Source: Mobula birostris
Taxonomy: Eukaryota
Assembly (NCBI RefSeq): GCF_030028105.1
Contig: NC_092374.1
Location: 186,156,638-186,220,637, forward strand
Direction: 5' to 3'
Length of the DNA: 64,000 nucleotides
Below the pieces are notes generated by a model. It made no database searches. It had not been told where the DNA came from and worked only from the letters and a program-made list of their open reading frames with translations. Positions within the stretch are counted from its first letter, which is position 1, and each line of letters begins with the position of its first letter. Of this stretch, positions 25,431 to 38,409 are shown piece after piece. A program made the translations under genes and the position numbers.

Positions 25431-26374
25431 GTGTGTTGCTTGAATTTCCAGCATCTGCAGAATTCCTGTTGTTTGCGATATAAACAAAGTACATGTGGTT
25501 TGGTTGGTTGGCATCCATCTCTCTCAAAGGACAATGGGTGATGACTATCATCATTACAAGCCTGGTTGGAAGGTATGGAGATCCTGAGATACCCAGTCAT
25601 CAAGATCCCCCTCTCAGCTTCACCCGTGTAGTCCAAAGGAAAGCTTATGAAGCAATACGTTTGGGACCAGATTGGCTGCAGGAGCTGCTGGAAGGATCTT
25701 CAGTGATGTCCAGCTGCCACAGGGCTCCACTCCAGATTTGCTGTCCGAGTTTACTCCCATAGCCTTCGTCTCTCCCAAGGTTGCCCACAAGGCAGTGGGG
25801 CTACCTACCCATAGCTGGGATCCACACACCGGTGCAGGGGCCAGACCTCCTCCCCGTCCTCTGTAGTTCAGCCTGAGTCCGAAAGGAGTTCAGTTTCTGT
25901 GTGTCGCCAGCGAGGAGGCACAGCATGAGGCTTGCTGTTGGAGAGGCAGGGAGAAACTTACACATGCAGCTCTCCTTTTCACAAGACTGCTAGTCAGTGG
26001 TGGAAACTGAAAGCGAGAGCGACAAGCACTATCCACTGCACTACCACACTAGATGCATCACAACAACCATTTTGACATCAAAATGCATATATGACACCAT
26101 ATATTACATTGAAAATAATTTTCTCACAGGCAATTACAGGAAAAATAAAAAAGTACAATGGAATTTATGAAAAACTATGTATAAGCAAAGACTGATAATC
26201 AGCCAATGTTTAAAAGATGACAGATCGCGCAAATAAAAATATCAAATAAATAAATAATATTGAGAACATCAGTCATAGTGTCCTTTGACGTGAGTCCATT
26301 GAAGAACAGGTTCAGAGATGAGGTCAGTGAAGTTATCCACACTGGTTCAGGAGCCTGATGGTTGTCAGGTAATA

Positions 26375-27287
26375 CAATGGATTCTGATTAATTGGGCCAT
26401 CGGTTAACCAGGGCAGCTACTTTCTTGGGATAACTCTTAAAGAACAAAACTAAATCAAGAAAATAGCCGGGATTTCCTTCATTTATTTGGGACACTCTGC
26501 TGCTTAAGTGGCTCAGGAGACTGTTGCTGAACAATTCCTAATTTGTATCAGTCACATGCATATCGCCCGCCATTAGACACTGCACTGTGCTTAGAGAAAA
26601 CCATTTTAAAATAGCGTCACTTGCATGTGTCAGTGTTCAAAAACGTTGGTTTCTGACAGGGATAGCTGCTGAGTAGTAAGCAGTAAGATAATTCAGAACT
26701 GTTTTGCTCACTGCTGTTTTAAGCTTTCAAGCTCAAGGGTGCCAGAAATGGCCAGGAGTGAAAATGAAATGATTTCACTACTTCAACAAGTAATGAAGAA
26801 TTTGAAGGCTTCGACAATCATCTTGAATGGTGCAATGAAAATAAAGATTTGAAGGATGCAATCGTCAAAAGCATCATTTGGAGGCAGTCCACTATCTATA
26901 CTAGTGTCTGCGGTGATTTTGTTCAATTACAGTCAATCAAAATAACTTTGCAAATGAATTCCTCTGTCATTAACTATTAAGAACTAATACACAGTTTTAC
27001 AACACACATCAAAGTTGCTGTAGAGGCAGTCCATTGTCTACACTAGGTGTCTGCACTCATTTTGTTCATTTACAGTCAATCAAAAGAACACAGCATACTG
27101 GATGAATTCCTCTGTCGATAACTACTAGGCACTAATGCAGAGTCTTATATACTGTAGTAGGTTTTGTAATGTTCTAATTTGTTCTGTATTTCATTTAAAT
27201 ACAAAATTTCACTTGAACGGAAGTGAGCCGCTTAATTGGGCCAAAATGTACTGGTCCTGATGTGTCCCAATTAACCGTAATGCACTG
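26375..27287. mobile_element. Non-autonomous Tc1/mariner (Tigger/pogo-like) element
   Basis: Imperfect 22-bp TIRs caatggattctgattaattggg / cccaattaaccgtaatgcactg flanked by TA. Interrupts a Rex1 3' end. Confidence 0.75.
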
Positions 27288-28329
27288 TAACTGCTTCTGT
27301 ACCTGCTGCCTGATGTAGTAGCGAGAAGTGAACATGGCACTTGATGATGTGGATCTTTGACGATGGGTGCTGCTTTCTTGTGCCCGCACTCCGTGTAGGT
27401 GTGCTCAATGTGGAAAGGGCCGTGCCTGTGATGAACTGGACTGTAGCCACCTCTTCCTATCGACTTTCCTATTCCTGTGGCATTTTGCAACCAGTTAGGA
27501 TACTCTCAACTGGTCACCTATAAAAGTTTGTCAAAGTGAAACTTTTCTCAAGAGTGACCAAATGTCCAACGAATTGAGGACTACCATGTGGGTCTAATGG
27601 GCAGTGACTTCAGCAGCCTGACAACGAACTGGTCTACCGGTCTCTGAAGGGCGGATGGGATAGGGGTTGCTCAGTCTAGACCTATGTTCAATCGGAGTTA
27701 GTCTCTTTCAATGATCACAACACCAGGGTGAAGAATAATGCCACAAAGACCTCTTCATTTCTCCCATTTTTAAAGAGAAAGGTTAGATGTATCTGTCACC
27801 TGTACATCAAAACATTGAAACACTTGGTGAAAGATGTGTTAGGGAACAGCCCACAGGTGTCACTAAACTTCTGGCACCAACAAAACATACACACAACTCT
27901 CTAACCACAACTCGTATGTCTTTCTAATGTAGGAGGAAACCAGAGCACCCAGAGGAAGTACATGCATTCTCGTGGAGAATATGCAAACTCCTCACATGCA
28001 GTGGTGGGTACTGAACTCTGATTTTACAGATTTTACGTTGTGCTAACTGCTCGGCTGCCATGGCGTCCCGTTGCCTCTCCCACTCTCAGCCCATTTCTTG
28101 GGATTTAATTCCCTCTGACCACCTTCGGCAATGGGTAACATCCTTCTTCAGGAAACAGCAGCTTCCCTTCCACGTTAACTACAGCTCTCTTTCTCTTTCC
28201 AAGGTGCTGCCTGACACAGAACATCCAACAGTAGAGTCTCTTGTGTCCCTTCAGTTCACAATGTTGTGCTGGCCTTATAATGAACCTAACCCTTCTCCAC
28301 TTTTCTATTGTCTATTTTCTCCTTGTTAG

Positions 28330-28565
28330 CACGTGGCCAAGTGGTTAATGCATTCATTTAGTGATCTGAAGGTCGCTAGTTCGAGCCTTAGCTGAGGCAA
28401 CGTGTTGTGTCCTTAAGCAAGGCACTTAACCACACATTGCTCTGTGACGACACCAGTGCCAATCTGTATGGATCCTAATGCCCTTCCCTTGGACAACATC
28501 GGTGTCATGGAGAGGGGAGACTTGCAGCATGCGCAACTGTCAGTCTTCCATACAACCTAGCCCAG
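28330..28565 (+). mobile_element. tRNA-derived SINE with a CORE-like domain
   Basis: A box tggccaagtggtt, B box agttcgagcc, followed by gtccttaagcaaggcacttaacc. Confidence 0.65.
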
Positions 28566-28841
28566 GCTATATCGGTCTCTACCACCACCCCTGGCAGGGA
28601 TTTCCACACACCCACCACTCTTTATGTAAAAAAAAATTACCCCTGTCTTGCTGATTTTCCGGAACATTCTTTGAGATTTCCGGCACCTGAATTTCCTTGC
28701 TGTTAGGTAGGCAAGTGGATAATGTTCAACCCACACTGTGGGGTGTAAGTATGAAATATGATAATTCATTTCAAAGTGCAACTGAGAGAGATCAAATGCA
28801 TTTCATTTTAACCATCTCTTGTGACCTGTTTTGTCTTAAAG

Positions 28842-28908
28842 TGGCTCCAGAATTCATCGAAGCTCAACCCAGCTGTGGAATTTGCTGAGAGGAAGTCACG
28901 GGAGCTGA
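28842..28908 (+). CDS. Probable cytoplasmic-tail exon ((SGS)RIHRSSTQLWNLLRGSHGS*)
   Basis: Two acceptors 9 nt apart (ttgtcttaaag| at 28841, gctccag| at 28850). Phase-2 frame is compatible with the TM exon; stop TGA at 28906-28908. Homologous to the exon-like segment at 49571 (-), which supports exon status. Confidence 0.5.
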
Positions 28909-29799
28909 CAGGAAGGACAATGCGGATTACAGATAACACAATACAGACTGTGGTCGGTTTCAGATAGTGAAGAGACGATCGGGAGCTCATGAGGACATTG
29001 TTTATGCAGAAGCAGAAGGTATGGAACAAGCATGTTGAATACAACCATTGGAATATGTACCATCAGAACTGGAGCTACCATACCCAGTGACTTCGGATTG
29101 CCCTTTCAGTTCCGTGTTCCCATGAGATTCCCGGGTTCTTTGAATCCAGTGTGTGTTGCTCTGGGGTAGAACATTCCAAAGGCCAGCACTCTCCAAGGGA
29201 AGAAACTTCTCTACATCGCAACTCCTGGTAATCGAGGCACTACCCTGAGACTACACCCCAGAATGACGAAGCTCTCCCCACGTCCAGCTCAGGTTGCTGG
29301 CTGCGATCACTTCTCCTGATGCTTGGAGGATACAGAAATACACCTGACTCCAGGACTGAGATATTGTGCCCGTGGACACCATCTCTGAGACAATGACTAA
29401 ACACACCCTGGTTCACCAGGTGTGCCCTCACCAAAGCTCCTCGGGAGATTCACCAAGGTCCCCAGCCTCCATCCTCTCACCGTCTTGGACTTGTGGCCAT
29501 TGAAGAGCCGGTAGACCGAGCCCCATCCGTACAGGAATGTCGTAGCATGGTGTTCAGTCACCTGCTGTGGAAGAATGAGGGTCATGACGGGGTGGGGGCT
29601 TCAATGAAATCCGGTAGTTTCTACTGAGTAGTTTCTACTGCTACAGGTGAAGAGACACTGCCACTTATCTTGGTGTGTCTCCCGGCTCTGCACGATGGAG
29701 CTTGTCCTGATCTCCTGGGCAATGCTTATACGGTCAGTATCTCTCTGCTGCTGATGCACACAATGCAAGTGACTTTGCTTGAGCTGAGATCACCGCCTG

Positions 29800-30545
29800 T
29801 GAACAACACACACAAAATGCTGGAGGAACTCAGTCCTTCCAGGCGAGGCAACACTTCACCAGCAGATTCGTTGGGTCGTCTATTGTAGCCGGTGCTCCCG
29901 AAGTGGCCTCCTCTACATTGGTGAGTCCTGATGTAGACTGGGGGACCCACTTTGTCGAGGACCTTCACTCCCTCTGCATAAAGCAGGATTTCCCTAATTC
30001 CAGTCCCTTTTCCCATTCTGACATGGCCTGTGCCATGATGGGTTCACTCTCTGTTTGGAGAAGCAAGTCCGCATATTCCAGCTGGGCAGCCTCCAACCAG
30101 ATAACATGGACACCAATTTCTCTAACCTGATAACTTTTCCCCGTCCCCTTCCCTCTTCCATCCTCCACTCAGGCTCCTTTCTCACCTCTCCTCACCTATC
30201 GTCTCCGACCTGTGCTCCTCCTCCTTCCCTTTCTCTACTCTCCTGTCCCATGAGATTGCGTCTTCTTCAGCCCGTTATGTTTTCTACCTATCACATCCCA
30301 CCTTCCCTCCCCCACCCACCTACCTTCCTGCTCACCGGCTTCACCTGCCACCTGCCAGCGTGTACACCTTGCCCTCTCCCCAGCTTCTCATTCCGGCTCC
30401 TTCCCTCTTCCTTTCCAGTCCTGATGAAGGGTTTCAGCCCTTGAATAAACACATTGGCTGTTTATTCATTTTCATAAATGCTGCCTGACTTGCTGCACTC
30501 TTCCAGTATTCTGTGTGTGTTGCTCTGGGTATCCAGCATCTGCAG
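29800..30545 (+). mobile_element. Penelope GIY-YIG and 3' fragment with truncated hammerhead
   Basis: RQHFT..VVYC..CSRSGLLYIGES, FQLGSLQPDNMDTNF*, then cagtcCTGATGAaggg. Confidence 0.8.
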
Positions 30546-30829
30546 AACCTCGTGTGTAGCATTCTCTCTGAATAAAATAAAGTAAAGAAAATTTGTCGGA
30601 AGATCCAGGGATCAGGAGATCTGGTTACATCTGGAAGGTGGAGGTGGAATGATCTGCTGCGGAGTGCGGGGGGCGGGAGGGGGTGGGTCCTTGCTAAATC
30701 CTCTGGAGGCCGAAAAATACAGACTGTCTTGGGAATAGAGGACTGTGTATGTGCATGGGTGGGAGGAAGGAAAGCGGCTTGTGTTTTCTATTGAAACTCA
30801 GCAGGCCAAGCAATATCTATGGAAAATCA

Positions 30830-32540
30830 GAATCAGGTTTATTATCACCGGCATGTGACTTGAAATTTGTTAACTTAGCAGCAGCAGTTCAATGCAATAC
30901 ATAATCTAGCAGAGAGAAAAAATAATTAAAAAAAAATAATAATAATAATAATAAATGAACAAGTAAATCAATTACATACATTGTTTATTAAAAAAGTGAG
31001 GTAGTGTCCAAAAATTCAATGTCCATTTAGGAATCGGATGGCAGAGGGGAAGAAGCTGTTCCTGAATCGCAGAGTGTGTGCCTTCAGGCTTCTGTACCCT
31101 CCTACCTGATGGTAACAGTGAGAAAAGGGCATGTCCTGGGTGCTGGAGGTCTTTAATAATGGACGCTGCCTTTCTGAGACACCGCTCCCTAAAGATGTCC
31201 TGGGTACTTTGTAGGCTGGTACCCAAGATGGAGCTGACTAGATTTATAACCTTCTGCAGCTTCTTTCAGTCCTGTGCAGTAGCCCCTCCATACCAGACAG
31301 TGATTCAGCCTGTCAGAATGCTCTCCATGGTACAACTATAAAAGTTTTTGAGTGTATTAGTTGACATGCCAAATCTCTTCAAACTCCTAATGAAGTATAG
31401 TCACTGTGTTGTCTTCTCTAAAACTACATCGATATCTTGGACCAGGTTATACCCTCAGCGATCTTGACACCCAGGAACTTGAAGCTGCTCACTCTCTCCA
31501 CTTCTGATCCCTCTATGAGGATTGGTATATGTTCCTTCGTCTTATATTTCCTAAAGTCCACAATCAGCTCTTTTGTCTTACTGACATTGAGTGCCAGGTT
31601 GTTGCTGCGGCACCACTCCACTAGTTGGCATATCTCACTCCTGTACGCCCTCTCGTCACCACCTGAGATTCTACCAACAATGGTTGTATCATCAGCAAAT
31701 ATGTAGATAGAATTTGAGCTATTTCTAGTCACACAGTCATGTGTATATAGACTAGAGCAGTGGGCTAAGCACACACCCCTGAGATGCACCAGTGTTGATC
31801 GTCAGCGAAGAGGATACGTTATCACCAATCCACACAGACTGTGGTCTTCCGGTTAGGAAGTCGAGGATCCAATTACAGAGGGAGGTCCTCTGCAACTTCT
31901 CAATCAGGATTGTGGGAATGATGATATTGAATGCTGAGGTATAGTCGATGAACAGCATCTTGATGTAGGTGTTTGTGTTGTCCAGGTGGTCTAAAGCCGT
32001 GTGGAGAGCCATTGAGATTGCGTCTGCTGTTGACCTATTGTGACAATAGGCAAATTGCAATGGGTCCAGGTCCTTGCTGAGGCAGGAGTTCAGTCTAGTC
32101 GTGACCAACCTCTCAAACCATTTCATCCCTGTCGATGTGAGTGCTACCGGGCAATAGTTGTTAAGGCAGCCCACATTATTCTTCTTAGGCACTGGTATAA
32201 TTGTTGCTTTTTTGAAGCAAGTGGGAACTTCCCCTGTAGCAGTGAGAGGTTGAAAATGTCCTTGAATACTCCTGCCAGTTGGTTGGCACAGGTTTTCAGA
32301 GCCTTACCAGGTACTCCATCAGGACCTTCCACCTTGAGAGGGTTCACTCTCTTTATAGACAGTCTAACATCGGCCACTGAGAGGAGATCACAGGGTCATC
32401 AGGGATCTTCACAGCTGTAGTTGTGCTCTCTCTTTCAAAGCATGCATAGAAAGCGTCGAATTCATCTGGCAGTGAAGCATCGCTGCCATTCATGCTATTG
32501 AGTTTCGCTTTGTAGGAAATAGTGTCTTGCAAACCCTGCC
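30830..32540 (-). mobile_element. Rex1/Babar LINE, 5'-truncated (RT region to 3' UTR)
   Basis: [63 protein letters not shown]. Confidence 0.9.
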
Positions 32541-33759
32541 AGAGTTGCCGCGAATAAACAATCGACGTTTCAGGCCGTGACCCTTCATCAAGACTGAGGA
32601 GGGGTCTTGGACCGAAATGACGACTGTTTACTCTTTTCCACAGATACTGTGGTCTGCTGAGTTCCTCCGAAATTTTGTGTGTATTATTTTGATTTCCAGT
32701 ATCTGTAGATTTTCTGGTTTGTTTTGCTATTGTTGTTTTGCTGCGTTTCTGCTGACCATGGGTGGTGCTGCAATGCATTGCGACACTTACGGGCTGGCCC
32801 CAGAACACCCTTGGGGAGTGTTGGTTGTTAAAGCAAACATGCATTTCACTGTATGTTTTGATGTACACGTGATAAATAAATCTAACTCTTGAATCTTGCA
32901 TCGTGCTGCTATCTGCTCCATCTAGTGGTTGAAGCGGGATCTGCAGGCTGGGGCGAAGCAGGAGCTGAGTGTGTCAGACAGAAATAGTCTAGGTGTCTGG
33001 TCTGGATTCTGAATCAGTCTAGAGTAGAGATAGCTCTTCTAATACGAGAGGGCATGAATTTAAAGAAAGAGGACGTTAAGAGGAATTTAAAGAAAGAGAA
33101 AGAGGACTTTCTCTTTACATTGGAAGTTGTGGGTGCATTGTCAAGGAGTACGTTGAGAGGCTTCAGATAGGTGCGTGGAAATGCAGAGAATGGGATATGA
33201 AGGCAGAAGGGATTAGTTTAATTGGTGTAGTTCAGCACAACATTGTGAGTCCAAAGGCCCGCTCTTGTGATATACTGTTCTATTATTGAATAAAGATTTT
33301 CAACCATCACAAAACAGCCTTTGTCTCACGACTCCGCACCTTTCCTCTCCTACTCGTCCCCATCAGCCCAGATTTCCCTTCTTCACCCGGTTCCGCCTCT
33401 CACCTACCCCACCCCTCCCTCTCACCTCTCTGTTCTGATGCAGGGTGTCAAACTGAAATGACCCCCCCACACCCCACATCCACAAATGCTGACTGTCTGG
33501 CAACTGCTTTTTGCCCTGAATCTTCAATAGTTCCAGCAGAGTGGAAGACAGTAAATTGCTTAAGCAAGGAGGGAGAATGAAAACGGGGGAGTGTAGACCA
33601 GTCAGCCAGTGATAGTGGAAATGCCAGGAGCTGCTACTATGGTTTTGTAATCAGATTGGACAGAGTGAGATGAAATTATGTTTGAGAACGATTTGGGATT
33701 ATAACAGGCAGAGTAGATATCGGCATAAATAAGATGTCCTTTTTCCCCAGCGCCAGGGA

Positions 33760-35440
33760 GTCGAGGGCAAGGGTTTAAGACCATAGAGGATGAACAGGTT
33801 CTTACACTGAGCACACATGATGTACAGCGCACGCTGCAGGGGGTCAATCCACGAAAAGCTGCAGGCCCAGATGGGGTTCCAGGGCGGGTACTTAAAGACT
33901 GTGCTGAACAACTGGCTGATGTATTTATGAGAATTTTCAATCTGTCTCTATCTCAGTCAACAGTCCCCAAGTGCCTGAAGTCAGCCATCATAGTGCCTGT
34001 CCCGAAGAAACAAACATCAACAATTTGAATGACTATTGTCCGGTTGTCCTCACACCAACAATAATGAAGTGCTTTGAGATGATTGGTCCTCTCCCACATT
34101 AAAATCACTATCCCTGCTACACTGGACTCTCACCAGTTTGCCTATAAAGCAAACAGGTCCGCGGAGGATGCCACCTCATTAGCTCTTCACTCTGTCCTGA
34201 CACACCTGGAGAGAAAGGGCGCATACGTGAGGATGTTGTTTGTTGATTAGAGCTCTGTTTTTAATACTGTCATCCCCAGCAAGCTCATCTCCAAACTCCA
34301 CCATCTAGGCCTCAGCTCATCACTCTGCAACTGGGTCCTGAATTTCTTGTCAGAGCGTTCACAGGCAGTGAGACTGGGCCCTCACCTGTCCTCCACTACT
34401 ATCCCGAACACTGGTACACCACAAGGTTGTGTATTGAGTCCCATACTCTGCTCCCTCTTCACTTACGACTGCGTACCTGCATTTAACCCCAATACAATCG
34501 GCAAATTTGCAGACGACACAACAGTGATCGGGTTGATCTCCAACAGAGACGAATCAGGGTACAGAGTGGAGGTACAGAACTTAGTGAGCTGGTGCTCAGA
34601 GAACAACCTGGCTCTTAATACAGCAAAGACTAAGGAGCTAATTATCAATTTTGGGAAGTCACGGGATGACCAGTACGCTCCAGTCTACATTAACGGAGAC
34701 ATAGTGGAGAGAGTGTCCAGTTTCAGGTTTCTGGGAATACATATCTCAGAAGACCTTACATGATCCACTAACACCACAACAATAGTTAAGAAGGCACAGC
34801 AATGCTTGTTTTTCCTCAGGACGCTGAAGAAAGCTGGTCTACCTGAACAGATGCTGGTGATCTTTTACCGCTGCACCATAGAGAGCATCTTAACATACTG
34901 TATTTATGTGTGGTACCTCAGTTGTACAGCAGCTGATAGGAAAGCACCTCAGCAGGTGGTCTCTAGCGCACAGAAGATCATCGGGACACAGCTCCCAGCC
35001 CTGGAGGACACCTACAGCTCTCGCTGCCTAAGGAAAGCTACAAGCATCTGTAAGGACAATACACACCCATGCAATCATCTGTTTGAACTTCTTCCATCTG
35101 GCAGACATTATAAGATTTTATATGCCCACACTTCTAGACTGAAAAATAGCTTTTTCCCAGAGCTATAATTGCTCTGAACCAATCGATCAAGCATCATCCA
35201 TAAATTTGTTATATTGCTACTTTAATACTGGATTTATGGCTGTCATGCATCTGAGTTGTGCTTTTGTACTGCTGGACATTGCTTGTACTGGCTGGTTACT
35301 TGATCTTATTTATTGTTTATTTATTTTATTTGTTGTTTTATAGCATTGAGTACGAGAGTTGCAAACTCATTTTCGCTGTGTTGGTGCCTGACAAGTTGTA
35401 CTATGCGATGACAATAAAGATATTTCATTTCATTTCAAGG
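33760..35440 (+). mobile_element. Rex1/Babar LINE (different subfamily), 5'-truncated
   Basis: [50 protein letters not shown], then an aataaa and (tttca)n tail. Confidence 0.9.
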
Positions 35441-35596
35441 TGAGAGGGGAAAGACTTAAAAGGGAAGTAACACACACACAAAGTGCTGGCGGATCTCAGC
35501 AGGTCAGGCAGCATCTGTGGAGAGGAATAAGCAGCCGACGTTTCAGCACGAGACCCTTCATCATTTCCAGCATCTGCAGAATGTCTTGTATTTAAT

Positions 35597-35930
35597 AATA
35601 AGAGGAATAGATAGAGTGGACAGTCAGCGCCTCTTCCCCAGGGCACCACTGCTCAATACAAGAGGACATGGCTTTAAGATAATGGGTGGGAAGTTCAAGG
35701 GGGATATTAGAGGAAGGTTTTTTACTCAGAGAGTGGTTGGTGCGTGGAATGCACTGCCTGAGTCAGTGGTGGAGGCAGATACACTCGTGAAGTTTAAGAG
35801 ACTACTAGACAGGTATATGGAGGAACTTAAGGTGGGGGGTTATATGGGAGGCAGGGTTTGAGGGTCGGCACAACATTGTGGGCCGAAAGGCCTGTACTGT
35901 GCTGTACTATTCTATGTTCTACGTTCTATG
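35597..35930 (+). mobile_element. Young CR1 3' end, same subfamily as the copies at 41547 and 43105
   Basis: IIRGIDRVDSQRLFPRAPLLNTRGHGFK...; (ctatgtt)n tail. Confidence 0.9.
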
Positions 35931-37649
35931 TTTAAAAGAGGATCAGTTTCTCACAGAGGGTTGTGGCTATGAAGAACAATCTCCCAGGGGATGTGGTAAA
36001 GCTAGGATTAAAAGGCACTTGGACAGATAAGTGGAAAGGAAAGGGTTAGGGGGATTTGGGTCAAACATGGGCCAACGGAACCACCTCATGACAGGTAACG
36101 TACAAGTTGCGCCGAAGGGGCCCATTTCAATGCTGTATAACTGACTATGACCTGTACCGAGATTTTTGATGCACCCGGTGACACGTTAGGGAATAGCAAA
36201 CAACCTTAAAGTGGACTATATTGTTGGTGTTTACTACATGGATTAGGTTAACAGACAGGAAAAGAAAAGAGTTGATTAAGATGGTCACAGCTTCTTCCCC
36301 ACTGGAATCAGTCTCCTGAACCAATCACCTTCCCTCCCCAGTGGTACTACCACATTCACTCACTCACCTCTTGTTTACTCCTCTGCCCTCACCGGTATTT
36401 TTGCACTGCAATTTTGGTTGCATTTTTGCAATATTTCTTTATTATTGTTGTATTTATTATTTTTATATTATTACCATATATAATGTTTACTGTGTGATGA
36501 GCTTCACGTAAGAAAGGAATTTCACTTCACCCCAGTTTATATGACGATAAACTAATCTAAGCTAAGGTCATCATTATCATTACGTACTGTGCTGTATGAC
36601 GTGGGTGATCGTGGTCTTTCCATGACCATGATTGATCTTGGCAAATTTTTTGACACAAGAGGAAAAATTGCTTTCTTCTGAGCGGTGACTTTACAAGACA
36701 GGTGACCCCAGCCTTAATTGATACTCTTCAGAGCTTGTCTGTCTGGCGTCAGTGGTCGCATAACCAGGACTTGTGATCTGCACCATCGGCTTTCATGGCC
36801 TGCTCCCATGGCTTCACATGACCCTGATCCGGGGGTCGAGCAGGTGCTACACCCTGACCTACAGGTGAGTGGAGGGAAGGATTGCCTTACTCCGCCTCTG
36901 GTAGAGACATATCTCCACCCCACCTCCCTAAGTTAAATTAAAACCCACAAAGTGCTGGAGGAACTCAGCAGGTCAGGCAGCAGCTATGCTCAGGGATAGA
37001 GAGTCGAGATTTTGGGCCAAGACCCTTCAGGATGAAGGGTTAGAATTAGAAGCATCTCAGCCTGAAATATCGACTCTTTCTCCTTCTCCACAGACGCTGG
37101 CTGACCTTCAGCATTCCTCCGGCATTGTGTGCATTTACTCTGGATTTGCAGCTCCAGTTTTGTGTGTGTTGCTTTTCTGCAACAGTGCTGAGCTTCTGAA
37201 ACAAAATGCTTTATTCAGGCCTGTCACCTGGAATGCTGGGCAGCAATCTGAGTGAGAGCTCAAAGAGACTCGACTGACCCAACAAACTTCCAGCAATTGA
37301 GAGTATTCACATTACAACAGTTACGATGTGGACTCGACAATAACTCAACAGTAATCCACTTCTCTTTGCAGTATTCAACCTTTGTAATATCGCTGTCGGG
37401 GTTGCCTCTAATTGCCCGGCAAATAGCACTTAGCCTTCCTTTTCAGACACACATCAATGTTTCCATTCAAAGTTCAAAGCAAATTTATTATCAAAGTACA
37501 TAAATGTCACCTTACACTTCCCTGAGATTCATTCAATATTCAGAAGGACAGATCAGCAACTACGTCAACAGAACAAAACAAGATCAAACAGCAAAACAAG
37601 TCCCCCTTCCACACACCCCAGGAGAGGCCATCCCCGAGCCTCTAGTTCT

Positions 37650-38170
37650 CTAGTTCTGATCACCTCACTACAGGAAGGAGGTGGAAACTATAGAAATGCA
37701 GAGGAGATTTACAAGGATGTTGCCTGGATTGGGGAGCTTGCCTAATGAGAATAGGTTGAGAGAACTCGGTCTTTTCTCCTTGGAGCGACTGAGGATGAAA
37801 GGAGACCTGATAGAGGTGTATAAGATAATGAGAGGCATTGATCATGTGGATAGTCAGAGGCTTTTTCCGGGGCTGAAATGGCTAGCACAAGAGGGCATAG
37901 TTTTAAGGTGCTTGGAAGTAGGTACAGAGGAGATGTCAGGGGTGAGTTTTTTTTGCAGAGAGTGGTGAGTGCGTGGAATGGGCTGCCGGCAATGGTGGTG
38001 GAGGCAGATATGATAGTGTCTTTTAAGAGACTCCTGGATCAGTACATGGAGCTTAGAAAAATAGAGGGCTATGGGTAACCCTAGGTAATTTCTAAAGTAA
38101 GCACATGTTCGGCAGAGCGCTGTGGGCCAAAGGGCCTGTATTGTGCTGTATGTTTTCCATGTTTCTATGT
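37650..38170 (+). mobile_element. CR1 3' end
   Basis: QRRFTRMLPGL...RMKGDLIEVYKIMRG; CR1 tail. Confidence 0.85.
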
Positions 38171-38409
38171 TTCCTCGGCTCCAGACTCTCAGATTTGCAG
38201 ACCAAACCACAGACGTGACCTTTGGGCCTCTGGCTCTGGATGTGACTGGGTTCTCTTATTTATGGTCTTGGTTTTTGTTGTGTGACCCGGTTTATACTGT
38301 GATCAGCTCTCTCACCCTCATAGACCAGTACAGCACAGGAGCAGGTCATTTGGCCCCACACCAATGTGCAGAACCAAATAAATCAGTAAACAAATGAGCC
38401 TCCCTTAAG

